A stretch of 64,000 bases of DNA from Amoebidium appalachense (lineage: Eukaryota; Protista; Ichthyosporea): assembly GCA_963693365.1 (NCBI GenBank), contig CAVNZM010000008.1, positions 9,118,818 through 9,182,817 on the forward strand, given 5' to 3'. The notes beneath the pieces are model-generated. The model made no database searches. It was not told the origin of the DNA and saw only the letters and a list, made by a program, of their open reading frames with translations. Position 1 is the stretch's first letter. Every line of letters starts with the position of its first letter. The translations under genes were made by a program, and so were the position numbers. Positions 1-43,559 of the stretch are shown in pieces.

Positions 1-929
1 CGCAAACTAACAACCAACCCTATCCATCTAGCCACCTGCTTCTTTTCCACCCACCGCCGTCCTTTGCGCGCCTTAGCTATTAAAGAACGTGTTTCCCCCA
101 ATAATTTTTCCAAAGACGCCACTGTGGGAGACAAATACCCTTCCTCCAAATTTATGTGGATGCCCAAATGGTCGAGGGCACTCACTGGGTCCCATTGACC
201 CTTATTCGGATGCTTCTTAAGGCCGGTGACTTTCAATTCCTGCTCCACCACCCCGCGTGTGTCGAGTGCCCGTGCCGCCTGTTCGAAGATGGTCCAGTCA
301 TCGAGGAAAATTAACGAACGGATGCCGCGTGCACGTAACCGACGCGCGAACTCCCGCATAAGCGCATGAAAAAGTTGGGACTGAGGGAGTAACCGAAGGG
401 AAGCACCGTGTACTGGTAGAGTTGTCCCCCCACACGAATTTGGAAATACTTGCAGAACCGGGGTTGAAGGCTAGTGCAAAATATCCGTCTTCGAGGTCGA
501 AACTGAAAGCGTGGTCACCCGGCTGCGCGAGCGCCCGCAAGTCGCTGAGGGTTTCGTACTTGACACACGTTCGACGGCGTATTCGTTCACAGGACGCTTA
601 TCAATAATGAGACGGACGTTTCCGTTGGGCTTCCGCAGCCCAAAAGACTTCAAAACACACCATTTTGCGCTTTCAGGCACTGTCTCGAGGGCCCCCTTAC
701 TCACTAACCGCTCAACTTCCACCACCGCTTCTGCCTCTGAAACTTCGCCGATATCCAGATAGCCACCTGCATCAAAAGGGGCAGGACACGCACTCTTCCA
801 TTCTGGTGTGATGCCGTACTTAATCCAGAACAAAACTTCTTTAGACGCACCCCCACGCTCCCACTCATCTACACAGGCACGAACTCTCTGATACAATGGC
901 AGTTGGGATGCATTACTTGCATCTCCCAT
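1..929 (-). pseudogene. Degenerate DIRS-type (tyrosine-recombinase retrotransposon) reverse transcriptase, running off the window edge
   Basis: Joining three frameshifts (~562, ~428, ~362) gives ordered RT motifs: LYQRVRACVDEW...WIKYG, SFGLRKPNGNVRLIIDKRPVN, FSFDLEDGYF, YQYTVLPFGYSLSP, RGIRSLIFLDDW (catalytic xLDD), HPNKGQWDPV..LDHLGIHIN. These are typical of DIRS pol. Confidence 0.85.
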
Positions 930-1956
930 TCTGCCTTCGAAGAAGTTGAGACACTACACCTATCTGCAGCACAACGCGCGCTCGCAAACAGTTTACCTAC
1001 AGCACTACGCGCGTTCGTAGAACCTAACTAGAAAGGGCCGCAGCCCACTTGCCCTCAGGCCGTGAGTGCAGCTCACCCCTACGCAAATAGCTATCTATTT
1101 AAATTTACCCACCACTGCTAATTATGCTCCACAACTGCTACCCGGGCGCCACGCCGCCCTACCGAGCTAAGCCGAGCCTCCTGCCGTCTGTCGGCCCTCT
1201 ACAGCTAAGTAGGGGCCGACGGGGAAACAAACCTAAGACTAGTAGAACGAGTCGCCGCCTATATACCATAGTCGGCTCCCTGGTGGCCACTGATTGTTGG
1301 AACACGATTCCAACCAACCAGTTGGCCTAAATACATCTCTAAATAGAGCTTGATGAATCAAGCGAAGTAAAGTTGGAGCTCTCAATTTTTCCGATTTTTT
1401 CCTGGGAAAACACTGGAAACCTGCAATCACGAAAAAAGTTATCTACATACATACCTCATTATATCTCATGACCAGTCCTTTGCCGGATCCGGACAAAGCA
1501 TATGGAAAAGGCAGGAAAAATATCCACTCAATATCCAATTTAATCTGCTTTCTGGGCTCGTTGTATTTTGTTTTGCATTCAAGCTACAAATTTTTAGAGA
1601 TATACAATGGTTCAGCAGATGGCTGAGACTCGAAATGAGCAGTCAACACAGTAAATCGCCCTTAAACAAAAGGCACACATGATTGTTGGGAATAACTGAC
1701 AGGAAATTTTAAGTGTATAGTAATATAAACGCAAGGTTATGATATTGGCAATGAATCATACGGGGGGTCCCGGATAGGTATACATATATCGGATAGATAT
1801 AGGGAAGTAAAAAGGAAATAAATATCTCTGGACAAAAATAGGCTGCGATCCGCCAGGTGCCAAAATACAGTAATCCTGAAATGCAATTTCTAGCCCTGAC
1901 CCGACCGGCTGACCGAATTCGGACCCCCCCATAAGATAGCCGGTGTGGAAGGAGGG

Positions 1957-2002
<46 letters not shown>

Positions 2003-2283
2003 AGGACTGCCGATCAGTGCATTGTCAGACGAAGTTCACAATGCAATGGCCAGCGGCACTTGTCCCATGTACTGGCCATTTTAATGTCAATTGGTCATTG
2101 GTTGGAATATTGAACATGACGTCATACACACATAAGGGGCCGCCTTTCTTTATTGCAGAGCATAACTATTAGACTCGGTATCGTGCTATATGCTTTTAGG
2201 CAGATCACATGATCAATTCAACGGAACCCAGAAACCAAAGAAATGCCGAAATGGTCGTTAATTCAAGTCTTGAAAAAATATCT

Positions 2284-2315
<32 letters not shown>

Positions 2316-2740
2316 CCCCCCCCCCTCCCCCCCCCCCCCCCCCCCAACTCTCCCCTCCCCCTCCTCCTCCTCCCCCACCACCTCCGCCGCCACCGCCCAC
2401 GAAAAAGAAAAGGAAAAAGAGAAATACTTTCAAATAGAAGATAGGGAAACAAAGAGGAGAGAGAGAAAAGGAAAAAAGAGGGAGAAGAAATCATGACCAC
2501 CCAAGAAGAATCCCATCAAAGGCTCCACACCGAGAGGCTTCATTACCACTACCGCGGGATGTTCGTCGATTGAACTTAAAATGAGCCTATGTTACTATGC
2601 ACTTCATAATGCCATTCAGATTATGTACTTACGTGCAAGTTGTGTCATGCCGCACTGTGTACTAACTACCATAACCCACATGCAACTTTATTGTAGTTAG
2701 CCAACTCATATCATCAAATTGCTCTGCACCTAAAATGAGA

Positions 2741-20705
<17,965 letters not shown>

Positions 20706-21983
20706 GTTGAAGCACAACAAAATCCGCTCCTTGCTATGAGCAGTAGGCAGCGGTGAACGGTCCGCTTATTTCCAATAAAGGATAGTATAAGTATATTCTC
20801 TTGAAATATAAAAGCTGAAAATAATCTAGCAGCACGCCTTGTGTTCAAAGTTCGCATGCGCACGAACCACCCACTATTAGCTGCAAGGTTCCCTCCGAAG
20901 ACTCCACACCCTAATTCTCTAAGTCTAGATAAATAGAAGCCGAAAGATTAATTCAAATATTTATTTGTATATAGAATACTTGAAGCGTGAACTTGAGGAG
21001 GAGGAGAGCATATACTCGGTAACCCTTGGCCTTCCTATTCTTAGTTCTGCCCGGTTAGAATTAACCTCTCCTCATGAAGAATAATTCTTCAACGTAGATC
21101 AAAGCATCATACACAGCTAACAAACTCTATGATTTGCTCTCTTTGCCTTGTCACTATTTACTTCCCATCCATCTATAACCATCTAATTTGTTACCGTAGG
21201 AAATCTTCGGCACACAAACATGACTTTCGAACGAGAAAACGTGAACTTTTCCTTCATGACTCGTAGCGGAGCTGCACGAAAATGATGCAAAGCGGTGGTG
21301 TCGGCTAGACCAACCAGATCACTTATACCTAATATGGAAGGTATTTCGAAGTAGATGATTGGTTGGGAGGGTATGGAATTGATAACGCACATACCATGAC
21401 GTCACGCCCCTAGGGACCCTCTGAAGGCTCTGATTCCGTCTGAGAGTCTGAGACACCGTGGTATCTGTGATTGTGTGCGTGTCAGTGCATGTGTGGTGTG
21501 TGTGTGTGTGTGTGCGTGTGGGTGGGTATAAGGGTGGTGGGGGAGGTGGGGGGGACGGGGGGAAGCAGAAAAGCAATAAGAATTGGCAATCGCGGCAGTT
21601 TACACGGAGCTTCAAGTGCATACCAAATTACCATGCAACGAAATGGACACCAACAGCAAGGTGTGTGTTCACACACGAATGTCTTTTCGTTGACTCTCCG
21701 ACTTTGTCCCGTTTTTCTCAAAGCAATCTCAGGCCGCCGGTCCTCTTCACTGGAATTAACTTAAATTTGAAAATGATCAGTGACCCACATGGACGGCTAT
21801 CGACGATGAAGTCGTTTTTACTATGGCTTACAACGGCCTCCGCTAAGTTTTTCATTGTTCTACGGGGGGATGCTGGCACCCCACCTCTCTCCTCCTTGTC
21901 TCCCGTCCCCTCCGCCCCCTCCGCCCCCTCTCCCCCTGCCCGCCCCCCCCGCCCCCCCTTCACCTCCTTGTCTCCCATTCCCC

Positions 21984-22378
21984 CAGCTGGTGTAGTATGT
22001 TAGCCAGGGAAGTATCGACTTAGGTAGCGACGGGGGAGCTTCCTAGAAGCCCCGTCTCCTGAGTTCCTATCTATATTTTTTTTGCTTCTGCTTACTGCTG
22101 CAACTTTAACCCCCGGCCTTTCCTACTGCCCTTGCCTGCATAAGCAACCCTGCTCGTCTCTGATCAAGACGGGTGACCTACCCATGTTCAAGTGAAACAG
22201 TATCTGAGCTGGGTTTCGTTAACGAGGTGAATAGGTCGAAACTCGGATACTGTGGATGACGTGGCCCCCCCCTGAGGATGGGCTCTGCTTATTATGCATG
22301 CTCTTTATGTATGGCTTGCATTCTGCATCGTGATATCCGTTTTGTTCTTGTGTACTTCGTACTTTTTGACGCATTCAA
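21984..22378 (+). mobile_element. Copy of the dispersed repeat in opposite orientation, intergenic
   Basis: Reverse complement of 12469-12863 with few substitutions; ends gacgcattcaa followed by a poly-C run and is preceded by cccc. Confidence 0.88.
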
Positions 22379-23093
22379 CCCCCCCCCCCCCCCCCCCCCC
22401 CCCCTGGCAGGTCACCCACACATATCACTTGCACACATGCGTTTGCGCAAGCGCACAAGCAAGCACACACATATGCATAACCGCACACACACGCACACGC
22501 CCACACGTACAGGCACACACACACACACACACACTCACACACACACACACCCGCTCGCTTACCCTTTTAATGCCCTACTCAATACCTGCCTTCGCGGCAT
22601 GGTTGTAGTTTCACGGTGAACACGGAAATTCGATGCACGTAGGCACGGCACCCGTCGCTCGGTGTGTGTGAGTGCTTGTGTGTAAGCTTGTATTTCCAAT
22701 TCGTCACTCGGTTGGCTAGGATACTTGTGGTGGTTGTGCAGTGTACGTGACTTTTTTTTTTGTGTGTGGGGGGGGGTGGGGAGGGGGGGGTTGAGTGTGT
22801 ATGTGGATGTGCAAGCCTTATGGGAAGTGTTTCCGCCGCCTTCTGTTTATCAAACATACACCAGACAGGGCATGCTCAGAGTAAATTGGATCTTTTTGGG
22901 ATCTTTGAGTACACTACTCTTTTTAACGAATACCAACGGTAATTCCCTGAGATGCTGTTGTTGTTTTTTTTCCTACAAGAACCCACGAGTAACCCCTCCT
23001 CTGAACGCTCCCCCCCCACTCACCGAAAAAACACTACTTATATACGTTGATACGCACCGTCATCATGTAACGTGACACAGGTGCGCGCACACG

Positions 23094-23190
<97 letters not shown>

Positions 23191-23465
23191 TCGTTAAATC
23201 GTCCCTGAAGAACTCGACGAATAATGAGCATGAAGGAGAAAAAGGCAAAAAATGTGCCTGTGTGGACACCATCTCGTGAACATCCCAGACAAGCAAGGCT
23301 TCCTTATCTATAGCAGGCCTTGCAGACAATACGACTGTGAAGCCTCAATGAAAGTTAAAGAGCATCACCCAAACAAAAAGTTTATAAATTTATAAGGCAT
23401 AAATCATTCACTCAACACGCACAATTCATAGTACTCTCTCGAACATACAGGTACATCCTGCCTCC

Positions 23466-29388
<5,923 letters not shown>

Positions 29389-30725
29389 TTTTTCGCTAAT
29401 GTGGGGTCAAGGTTGCCTCAACAAAGCTCAATATCGATGTCAAGGTAGCAGTCGGAACTGACCAAAAAAAAATTATTTAGCCACAGGGGTCTGAAAGCAA
29501 AAAATACACTCAATTTCGTGAGTTTCGCATGTGCCTGCAGCAGGTTTTAACTCGCAGGTTCCTACGTGTTCAGTGCAAAGACCATCCAGTGGTTATTCTA
29601 TTACACGTGTGTACGTTTCTGTCATCCTTTGATACTTGTTGCTGACAATGGGTGGAAAGGATTCGAAGTACTCGCGAATCCGTTCGCCTGCCGCGTCCTG
29701 CTTTTAGAAAGGCCTTTTTCGAGCTAAGGCAACGAATAAGAAGAATCATCATAATAGAGCTGTAAAAACTCTGAATTCAGTGCAGCAGTGCGCAAATGCT
29801 CGCGCAGAATGTTCTGTGCTGAATGGGCTTCGTCAAAGGGCGAAAGGTGACACAGGCACCGTCACCGTGCCACCGTCACAGGCACGTGATCTGGGCACTG
29901 GCATTTCAATCTTATGATTGGTGTATTTTGACCAATAGGATGTTTGCATGACTGAATCGAGGCAATAGGGAATCGTTGCGATTCTAGCACGAGAATTCTA
30001 CAAAAAAAAAAAACAACTGATCGTGTACATTCTTTTCAAAACAACACATTTCTTCTTCTTCGTTCGCGGATGTGTTCAGCTGGCGTGTTCACATGTCTGT
30101 TCACATGAAGTACGTCCAAAACAGGGGCCTACAGCGTGCACATCCGCGTGTCCCTGCCCGTGCTTCATGCTCCAGATTTCTACATTTACATTATAATATT
30201 TCCACAAAGGCGTGGTGTTATGCCTCGAGCTCGCTTTTTTGGTCTGGGTGAGTCCACCGCACGAGCACAACGTGCGCAGCTGCCCCACGCACATGTCTGA
30301 CACCCGCTACACACCACAGTGTACACACACGCATGTCAGGCTGAAAAAGTACCACGTACACCTTGCCTGGAATGCAAGTGGTCATGTTTTAGATGACTGG
30401 TGTTCCAGCGGGGGCGCGTTTGACTGTCAAGTTGAGTTCCATTTTCTTCATAACTTGAACGAATGAACACTATCGTGTCTTGCACGTAGGTCTTCCGATC
30501 AGGCTGAAGTTCAAGTGAAAAAGAACACACACAACGTTACCCTCGGCTGTGGCAGTGTTGTGCGAGTTCAATTGTCTTTCCACTCCCTCACAATGGACCT
30601 TTTTTCTCGTTGCACCATCATCCTCTTGTTCCCTTTTTCTCTTAGTCATTCGAAACGCTCAAGTTCTTAGCTACTGCACATTACAAACCGGCAAAATAAA
30701 ACTGTGAAAACTACTTACTGCGAGC

Positions 30726-35683
<4,958 letters not shown>

Positions 35684-36267
35684 GATGCTTCTCATTTTCA
35701 TTTCAATATGATTGCTATTGTTTTTTCGTATTGCCGAGGCTTTGAGTTTGTGTATACGAGAATTCTGTGTGCGGGCTTGTTGAGACCACTGATTCTTCCG
35801 AGCTTTTACCGATATAAAGCGATGCTACAAGAGTTCTTGTGCATGCGGGTGTGTGTGCGTTTATTTATGAAATTGTATGGTGATGATTCAATCGAGTCTA
35901 TGTGACCGTCTAGCATGCGTGTAATTATCATGATACCTAGTAGGTTTATTTGGGACTGTTTTTATTGTGTTACCGCTCGATTAGATGCTTGATAATAAAG
36001 CAGTTTGTAAGCATTGGTCTTTTGTCTATAGCTACTCTTCTCACTTGACTCTTTTTTCATAGCTTTCTATTTTTATGGGGCCGGGCAACAAATAGACTGC
36101 TCAAAATTTATAATTACTGTATGCACGAACGAACCTTCCCACAGAACCTCATCCCGTGGAACCCTCTACTATATCTCCTTTTCCTAACAAATTTGACGGC
36201 AACTGTTTCAATATCCGTGGCCAGGAATGGTTCCTTTGTATGCGTGTGTCTTTGTGTGTGTGAGCGT

Positions 36268-36383
<116 letters not shown>

Positions 36384-36393
36384 ACGTGTGTGT

Positions 36394-36430
<37 letters not shown>

Positions 36431-36972
36431 TGCATGGGCGCGTGTGTGGGAACATGAGTGTGTGTACATGTGCGGGCTATAGCTAATTGTCCGATATCTG
36501 TGCAGGTGCACGTGCGAGTGGCCATGCACTGCAAAAGACACATATTTGTGTATGGGTCAAGTAGGGGGATCGTCAGGTACAAACATATGATAGTGTGGGT
36601 GCTATAGCTTACTGTGTCGATCAAGAAAGAACCATGATCAGCTGGGTGTGGAACCTGAGGCTCAAAATGTGTGCGGTAGAGCCTAAATTGCACCCAAGTG
36701 TGCATTTGCCTTGTTTTCATTTTTCGACACAACTTCTCAATGACAATGCATGTGTTGTTTTGGTATCTAAATATTGCCTAGAATCTCAAGAGGCTGTTTT
36801 GGGAGCTTAACGGCCGTTAATGTTGGCTAGCTATATCAACTTGTTTGGTTTTAAAGCGCACCACTACACTTATACACACATTGTCCTTCGCGCACACACA
36901 TGTACACACCACACGATCACGCATTCACTCATACATGCGACACACACGCACACACACACACACGCACACACA

Positions 36973-37042
<70 letters not shown>

Positions 37043-37190
37043 GTGACACACACACACACACACACACACACCGTGACACACACACACACACAAACAAACA
37101 CACACAAACACACACACCGTGACACACACCGTGACACACACACACACACACACACACACACCGTGACACACACACACACACACACACCGT

Positions 37191-37255
<65 letters not shown>

Positions 37256-37668
37256 GTGCGCACGCGCACACAAACACCACGCACACAATCACGCACGCAG
37301 GCATGCACGCACGCGTGCACACACCCCGCACGCACACACGCACGCACACACACACGCACGCACGCACACACACACGCACGGCGGCGCGTGCAGTATATGA
37401 TAAAAGCACGTCACCCACACATACATATATGTATGATACATATGTACAAGTGTGTGTGTTTGCGTGCGCGCGTGTGTGTGTGCCACGTGTGTTTGTGTGT
37501 TTGTGTACACATTTGTGTGCATCCGATATATATAGTATATATATACACACACGCGCGTCTGCACACACACACATACATTCCGTAACGCACACGCATACAC
37601 ACGTGCGTTCACAATTGTGCTACCCAAACACTCAACTCACACACGACCTTGCACGTTCACTTGGAAAA

Positions 37669-37707
<39 letters not shown>

Positions 37708-37760
37708 ACACTGACACGTGCACATGCACACACACACACACACCCCGTACACACACACGT

Positions 37761-37817
<57 letters not shown>

Positions 37818-38141
37818 CACACACAATCTTTTGCCACCACGGTTGTGCACGTTGTCAAAAACGCTTGTAGAAATTGATCCACTCATGAACTAAAAAAGCA
37901 CGAGCAACATGAACACTGTGGGCCGGGGCACGTGTCACACTCGCATCCAAACGCGCATACGACTTCTTTGACTTGTCGCACACACAAACAATGAAATTAT
38001 CGTCATAGTGGAAACCAGCCATTATCATGCCCGTTTTGTAGAGAAGCTATGCATAATAAAATCGTAAAAATGCGTGATTGTCTGCAAATGCTGTTGCTCA
38101 GGTTATTTGCACCAGAAATCCCGAGTGTAAGAACCCTGGGC

Positions 38142-38172
<31 letters not shown>

Positions 38173-38233
38173 ATCCCCCCCTCCCCTCCCTCCCTCCTAC
38201 ATCCCCCTCCCCCCTCCCCCCCCCCCCCCCCCG

Positions 38234-38278
<45 letters not shown>

Positions 38279-38392
38279 GCACGCGCGCGCGCGCGCGCAC
38301 ACACGCACACACACACACACACACACACCACTCGCACACACGCACACACACACACACGCACACACGCACACACGCACGAACACACGCACACA

Positions 38393-38445
<53 letters not shown>

Positions 38446-38582
38446 ATACACACACACCACCCGTCGTTTTTCCAGAGAATTGTAGCATGGTACACTGCGG
38501 ACACTAATTCAAAGCAGCCCCCCTCCCCGGGCCCCCCCTCTTCTTCCTGGGTCCTCACCACCGCTCACCCTCCCGGCCTTCC

Positions 38583-38630
<48 letters not shown>

Positions 38631-38802
38631 TCCCCTCCCTTCTCTCCCCCCCCCCCCCCACCCCCGGAGGGGAAGGAGCATATGTGTTCAAGTGATGCTG
38701 GGACGTGATGGAGATTTTGTTGTCGGTTTATGGTTTCTGGGTTTGAGTCTTCTATGCTCTTTATCTTGCTCTCTCTGAACCTCGTGGCACACACGCACAC
38801 GC

Positions 38803-38908
<106 letters not shown>

Positions 38909-38921
38909 CGTGACACACACA

Positions 38922-38964
<43 letters not shown>

Positions 38965-39033
38965 CCTTCTCTCTCTCTCTCTCACCCCCTCCCCTCTCTC
39001 TTCTCTCTCTCTCTCGCTTTCTCTCGCTCTCTT

Positions 39034-39116
<83 letters not shown>

Positions 39117-39380
39117 ATCTCTCTCGGAGTCTCCCCCTCACTTTTTTGCATACAGTTCCCCGTGCACCCGGGGGGAAGAAGGGGGAGGGGGGGGTCCCCT
39201 CCCTTCCTCCCTCTTTTCACTTCCCTCTCAACTTGCATGTATCTGCTTCCTTGCCATTTTCTTTGTTGGATTCCTTTATTTATTTAGCCATCTTTACTAC
39301 TCTGCTGATTTTGTTTTTGTATCTACTTCTGTTCTTCATTAATGTATTACTTCGTCTCCCCCCCCTTGAGGTCCCCCCCC

Positions 39381-39415
<35 letters not shown>

Positions 39416-41257
39416 ACAACACACACACACCAAAAAAAAAAACTTTGAAATAAAATAAATAATAAAACCTTGTGGCGCTCCTTCGTGTACTGCTTACTGT
39501 TTGCTTTTGCATATACCATTGCGTGCCTGCAACGTGTTTTTCGTCGTGAAGGTATGCTTCGTACCGTGTTACACTGTTGTACCCCACTTCCCTCCCCTCC
39601 CACCCCCGCGGCTCACCCCCCACCCCTCGGCCTTCCGGCCCCTACGTCCTCTCCTCCTATAGCTCCTCCCCTTTCTCCACCCCCACTCTCTCCTGCCTCT
39701 CCCCTTCCCTCCGTCTCCGCCCTGCCTGGTTGGCCGTCAGTGAGTCCTCGTACACTTGCGGGGTTTCCAGTCAAATTTATAACCCTTTGGATGTTGAATT
39801 ATTTTCAGGCCCTGCAGAAAAGGTATGTTGTTCGGGGGACCAATCAGGTATCGCGCTTCAGCTCTTTGTACGCTTCAACATGTACATGATGCGCGCGGTC
39901 AATCAACATGTTTCACATTTCAAATCAAAACAATGAAGCCTCAATCCACCGGAATAATTATTCTTGTTGAAATAAAGTGAATTAGGCATCACGAACATAA
40001 CGATTTAAAATGTGTCTTTTGATGAGTCAATCACAGCGTCTATCACAGCGTGCTTTACATACTCAAAGGACTGATATGGAGATCTAGATCCATATACCTG
40101 GTCTGAATGGAGATCTACCAATTAAACATAACAAAGGACCCTGGGCATTTAGATAAACCAATCAGAACTACCCATGGCATGTGACTGCTGCTGCCAAGAT
40201 TTCCATTCCTCGGATGTGGCATCCAGTCCATAGTCATTTCTAGAAACATCAAGATAACAACCGAGGGCAGGAATGGCAAGGGAGCCTGAGCGCTTTCTTT
40301 GTGGTTAAATCGAAAAATCTGCCATTATTTATTATGGTTTGAGTTCCTAGGTATTTTTTTTTGTGCTTATGTAACACACTGGGCCGTTGTTCGAAGGCCC
40401 AAAAACATGCATGTGTCAATCGTACAGGTAGACAGACGGACACGTGCACGCTCCACCAGCCATTTCACATTTCACACGTGCACGCTCCACCAGCCATTGT
40501 AACTTCAAGTTAGTACAGTATGGTCCTTCTTTTGTCAGGCGCACACATATGTCATGACATGTGCAGCTGCATTTGACTTGCTGTTGTTGCACATACGCAT
40601 GACGCAGTTCACTGTTCTTATCAGGGAGTGTGTCAAACATTCGGCGTCTTGCCCGACGGTCACAGTGGATGTGTACATAGATCATCAGTGCTACGACACA
40701 TGAGCAACCTGAATTCCTTTCCACCACTCCACACATGCGACAACACACGTACACCAAAATACCTCCCTTCCCTTTCAGATTAATCGATCACCATGGTGCA
40801 GATTACTCCTTCCGCTAATCTTTTGCCAAATATACGAGTCCATACTGAAAGCTGTGCACTTGTGAGCCCGGGATGGACAAGAACACATTAACACCGGTGG
40901 CATGGTAGTAACGTATATTGAATTCTACCCAGCTATTACTATCTACTATACGATTTGTTGAAACCGAGTTCGTATACATACGGATGAGGTGCATAGGGCA
41001 CTGTTACATTCACATACCCGTTGACTGTCACATTCATATACCGGTTGACTGTCGGACTGGATACTGCATGGCTAGCCTAGTAGTGAGGGTCCAGGACATT
41101 CTTTGTTACACGTACACATAGTACTCTTTAAATCTAGCATATACGTTTACAGTGCACTGTGAGCTTGTCTCGGGTTGAGAAAATCTCTTGGTTGAGTTAT
41201 ATAAACATTTACGAACCTTTTGCTTACGCCTAGGGAACAGTATTTATTATTGTTGCT

Positions 41258-43559
41258 ATGGGCTCCGCATGTTCGGCGGAGAATAGGTGGGATGGGATCT
41301 TTGAAAATGGCCGAATCCTTGAGTGTGGTGGATATGACTGCGGCGTCCTGCGAGCCATTAAGGTGGGTTGAGGGGCGACCGGCCCGTCACATTTCTTAGA
41401 TGAGTCTCGATACACCACTTCATAATTATGCTATGTTTAGGTTATATAACTATGGAGGAAAATACATGAGCACACCGTCTGATGTCTTACACACAGGGCC
41501 ATTACAGTACATGTTCACTCTGAGTGTGCATGTGACACACGAGCACTATGTATTCAGGCTAACTATGTAATAGGTGCAGCTCTCTCTTTAGGAGGTGCCA
41601 CACGAGAGTAAACACAATCCTGAGCATTAATCAGCAGTAACAGATTCCTATGTACCTACTTACCAAGGCTTCCGATCGCAGATTACCGGGCTCGTCATAT
41701 CATGCCTTAGCCTCTCAGCGTGTGTTCTGGTCATCGCGGGCACCGTGTGGAGATGGTGCAAACACCGCAAGAGCATGTCCCCCATCCAATACTTCCCTGC
41801 ATACCTGTGCATCGCCGACATTCTATTGGCTTTCGCTACCATAACCTCAAGCGTTCCGATAGACAGCCATTTACCGGGGGGAAACCTCGTTCCATGCTCA
41901 GTAAACGGTCTCGTTTGGCAAGTTGCGGTTTTTAGCAGCGCTTTAACCTCAGTGTGGATGGCCGTGGCTTTGTTGCAAGCTCTAGGGGGAAGACACCCTT
42001 CCAGAACATGCGTCGTGTTTGCGCTGGAGACCTCGAACTGGATAAACGCCGTCGTCGTGGGCTTTGATTTCCCCGCTGTTGTTGTCGGTTCCCTTAGTGT
42101 TTTTCGGCCTATACGGACAAAATCGCACACGGTGCGGGCTTAAACGGCACACGCTGTCATTATTTTATAACGTCGTTTTCCCGGTTGTGTGCGTTACTAT
42201 TGCAGGCATTCTGCACACATGCTCGATATACCTGTTGAACAAATCCTACCGACTACGAACAAACCGCGGTATTTTCCAGCTCAACACAATCGCTTTATTC
42301 AGAATCACTGGGGTGTTTAGCCGACGATCAGAAGAACTACATACACAGGAAAATGAAGTCATTACGGCCGTGCGGTCTTCCTATATTCAAGCCCGAATTT
42401 CGCTTGCACACTCGCACATTCACACAGAATTCCAACCTGCAATAATACGAAACGACCCGCCAAATACAATTGTTGTTGGTACTGCACCTGAATCGACCAC
42501 CACATCTAACAGTGACACTTATGTGCACATTTCCCGCACCGAGGTGACAGCAGAAAGTGCAAACCAACCACATGGAAAAGTTGAGTTCAGTGGTCCACAC
42601 GAGTTCACAAACACACAGAAGCAGGTATTTACATCCTTCCCCCCCCCCCCCCCCCCCCGGTCCCCCCCCAACACACACACCTTTCCACCCGGTCTGCCCC
42701 CCCCCCCCCCCCCCCCCCTTTCCCCTTTCCCCCCTTCCCCCCCTTACCCCCTTCCCCCTTTCCCCCTTAGTAATACCCCCTTACCCCCTTACCCCTTTCC
42801 TTGTTTCCCTGGCTCTTTCATCCTTCCCTGCAGACGAGCACACTTTGTAAACTTCAAGCACCCAGGCACTACGGTCGCATTAGTCTCTTTGATTATATTA
42901 AAGCATCCGATTTTCTCACTGGACCACATCTTCGTGACCTTGCACATCCACCCAAGTATGTAGCCACCCACACAGACACCCTCTCATGCAAGCACATGTG
43001 TAAATCGAAGCTGCAGTTTGCTACGGCAAAGGACCCACACAGCCCTTATAAACAAAACCCCAACCCCCGCGCTATGCTCGCAAGAGACTAATAACCCATA
43101 ACTTAGTAACACAACCTTCTCATGCAGCAGCTGCAAATTGCAAAGAACCCCAAGACCGTTCTATCACCCATGCTGGAGACTACTACTATAGGCCCCCCCG
43201 TTATCAGCATTGGCAGCACCTCCAGGCCGAGCATGACCAAGCCACAAATACGTGAGCTGCACACAGACGAAATTGCTGAAAATCTACCTGAAAACCCCCC
43301 CGCATTTCAATCGCACGTCTATGAAAGCGACATGGATAAGAAAGCTATGGCCATGCGTAGGCTGGCGGTATTTTTTGTATGTTTTGGTGTTGTGTTTTTT
43401 GTACAGTGGGTGCCTTATGCCGTTCATAGATTTTTGTCTATCTACCTGGGCTGCACCTCACATCCTATTGCAGTGATACAAGCGATAACTTTAAATTTGG
43501 GGGGGCTCTTTGATGCGTGCATATATATCATCCTTGTGCACATGTGCAGAAAAACATAA
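41258..43559 (+). pseudogene. 7-TM GPCR paralog 2 with one frameshift in TM4 (pseudogene or assembly error)
   Basis: Exons 41258-41362 (MGSACSAENRW...CGGYDC), 41682-42624, ~43131-43559 (RRLAVFF..QWVPY..NLGGLFDACIY). Homology switches frame between 42046 and 42060. Confidence 0.8.

Noticed and set aside
1330-1945. DNA transposon remnant in the AT-rich stretch
   Set aside because: No terminal inverted repeats or coding motifs could be supported.
20900-21900. Gene divergent from the septin
   Set aside because: Splice-like signals are present but all frames are interrupted and no motif is recognisable.
22230-22290. Hammerhead ribozyme (CGAAAC and CTGAGGA cores) in the dispersed repeat
   Set aside because: No stem II can form between the flanks and the would-be cleavage triplet is GUG; the CGAAAC region appears to take part in another stem.
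40441-40498. 24-bp direct repeat pair and similar short duplications at ~40075 and ~41005
   Set aside because: Only two copies each, consistent with ordinary slippage in intergenic DNA.
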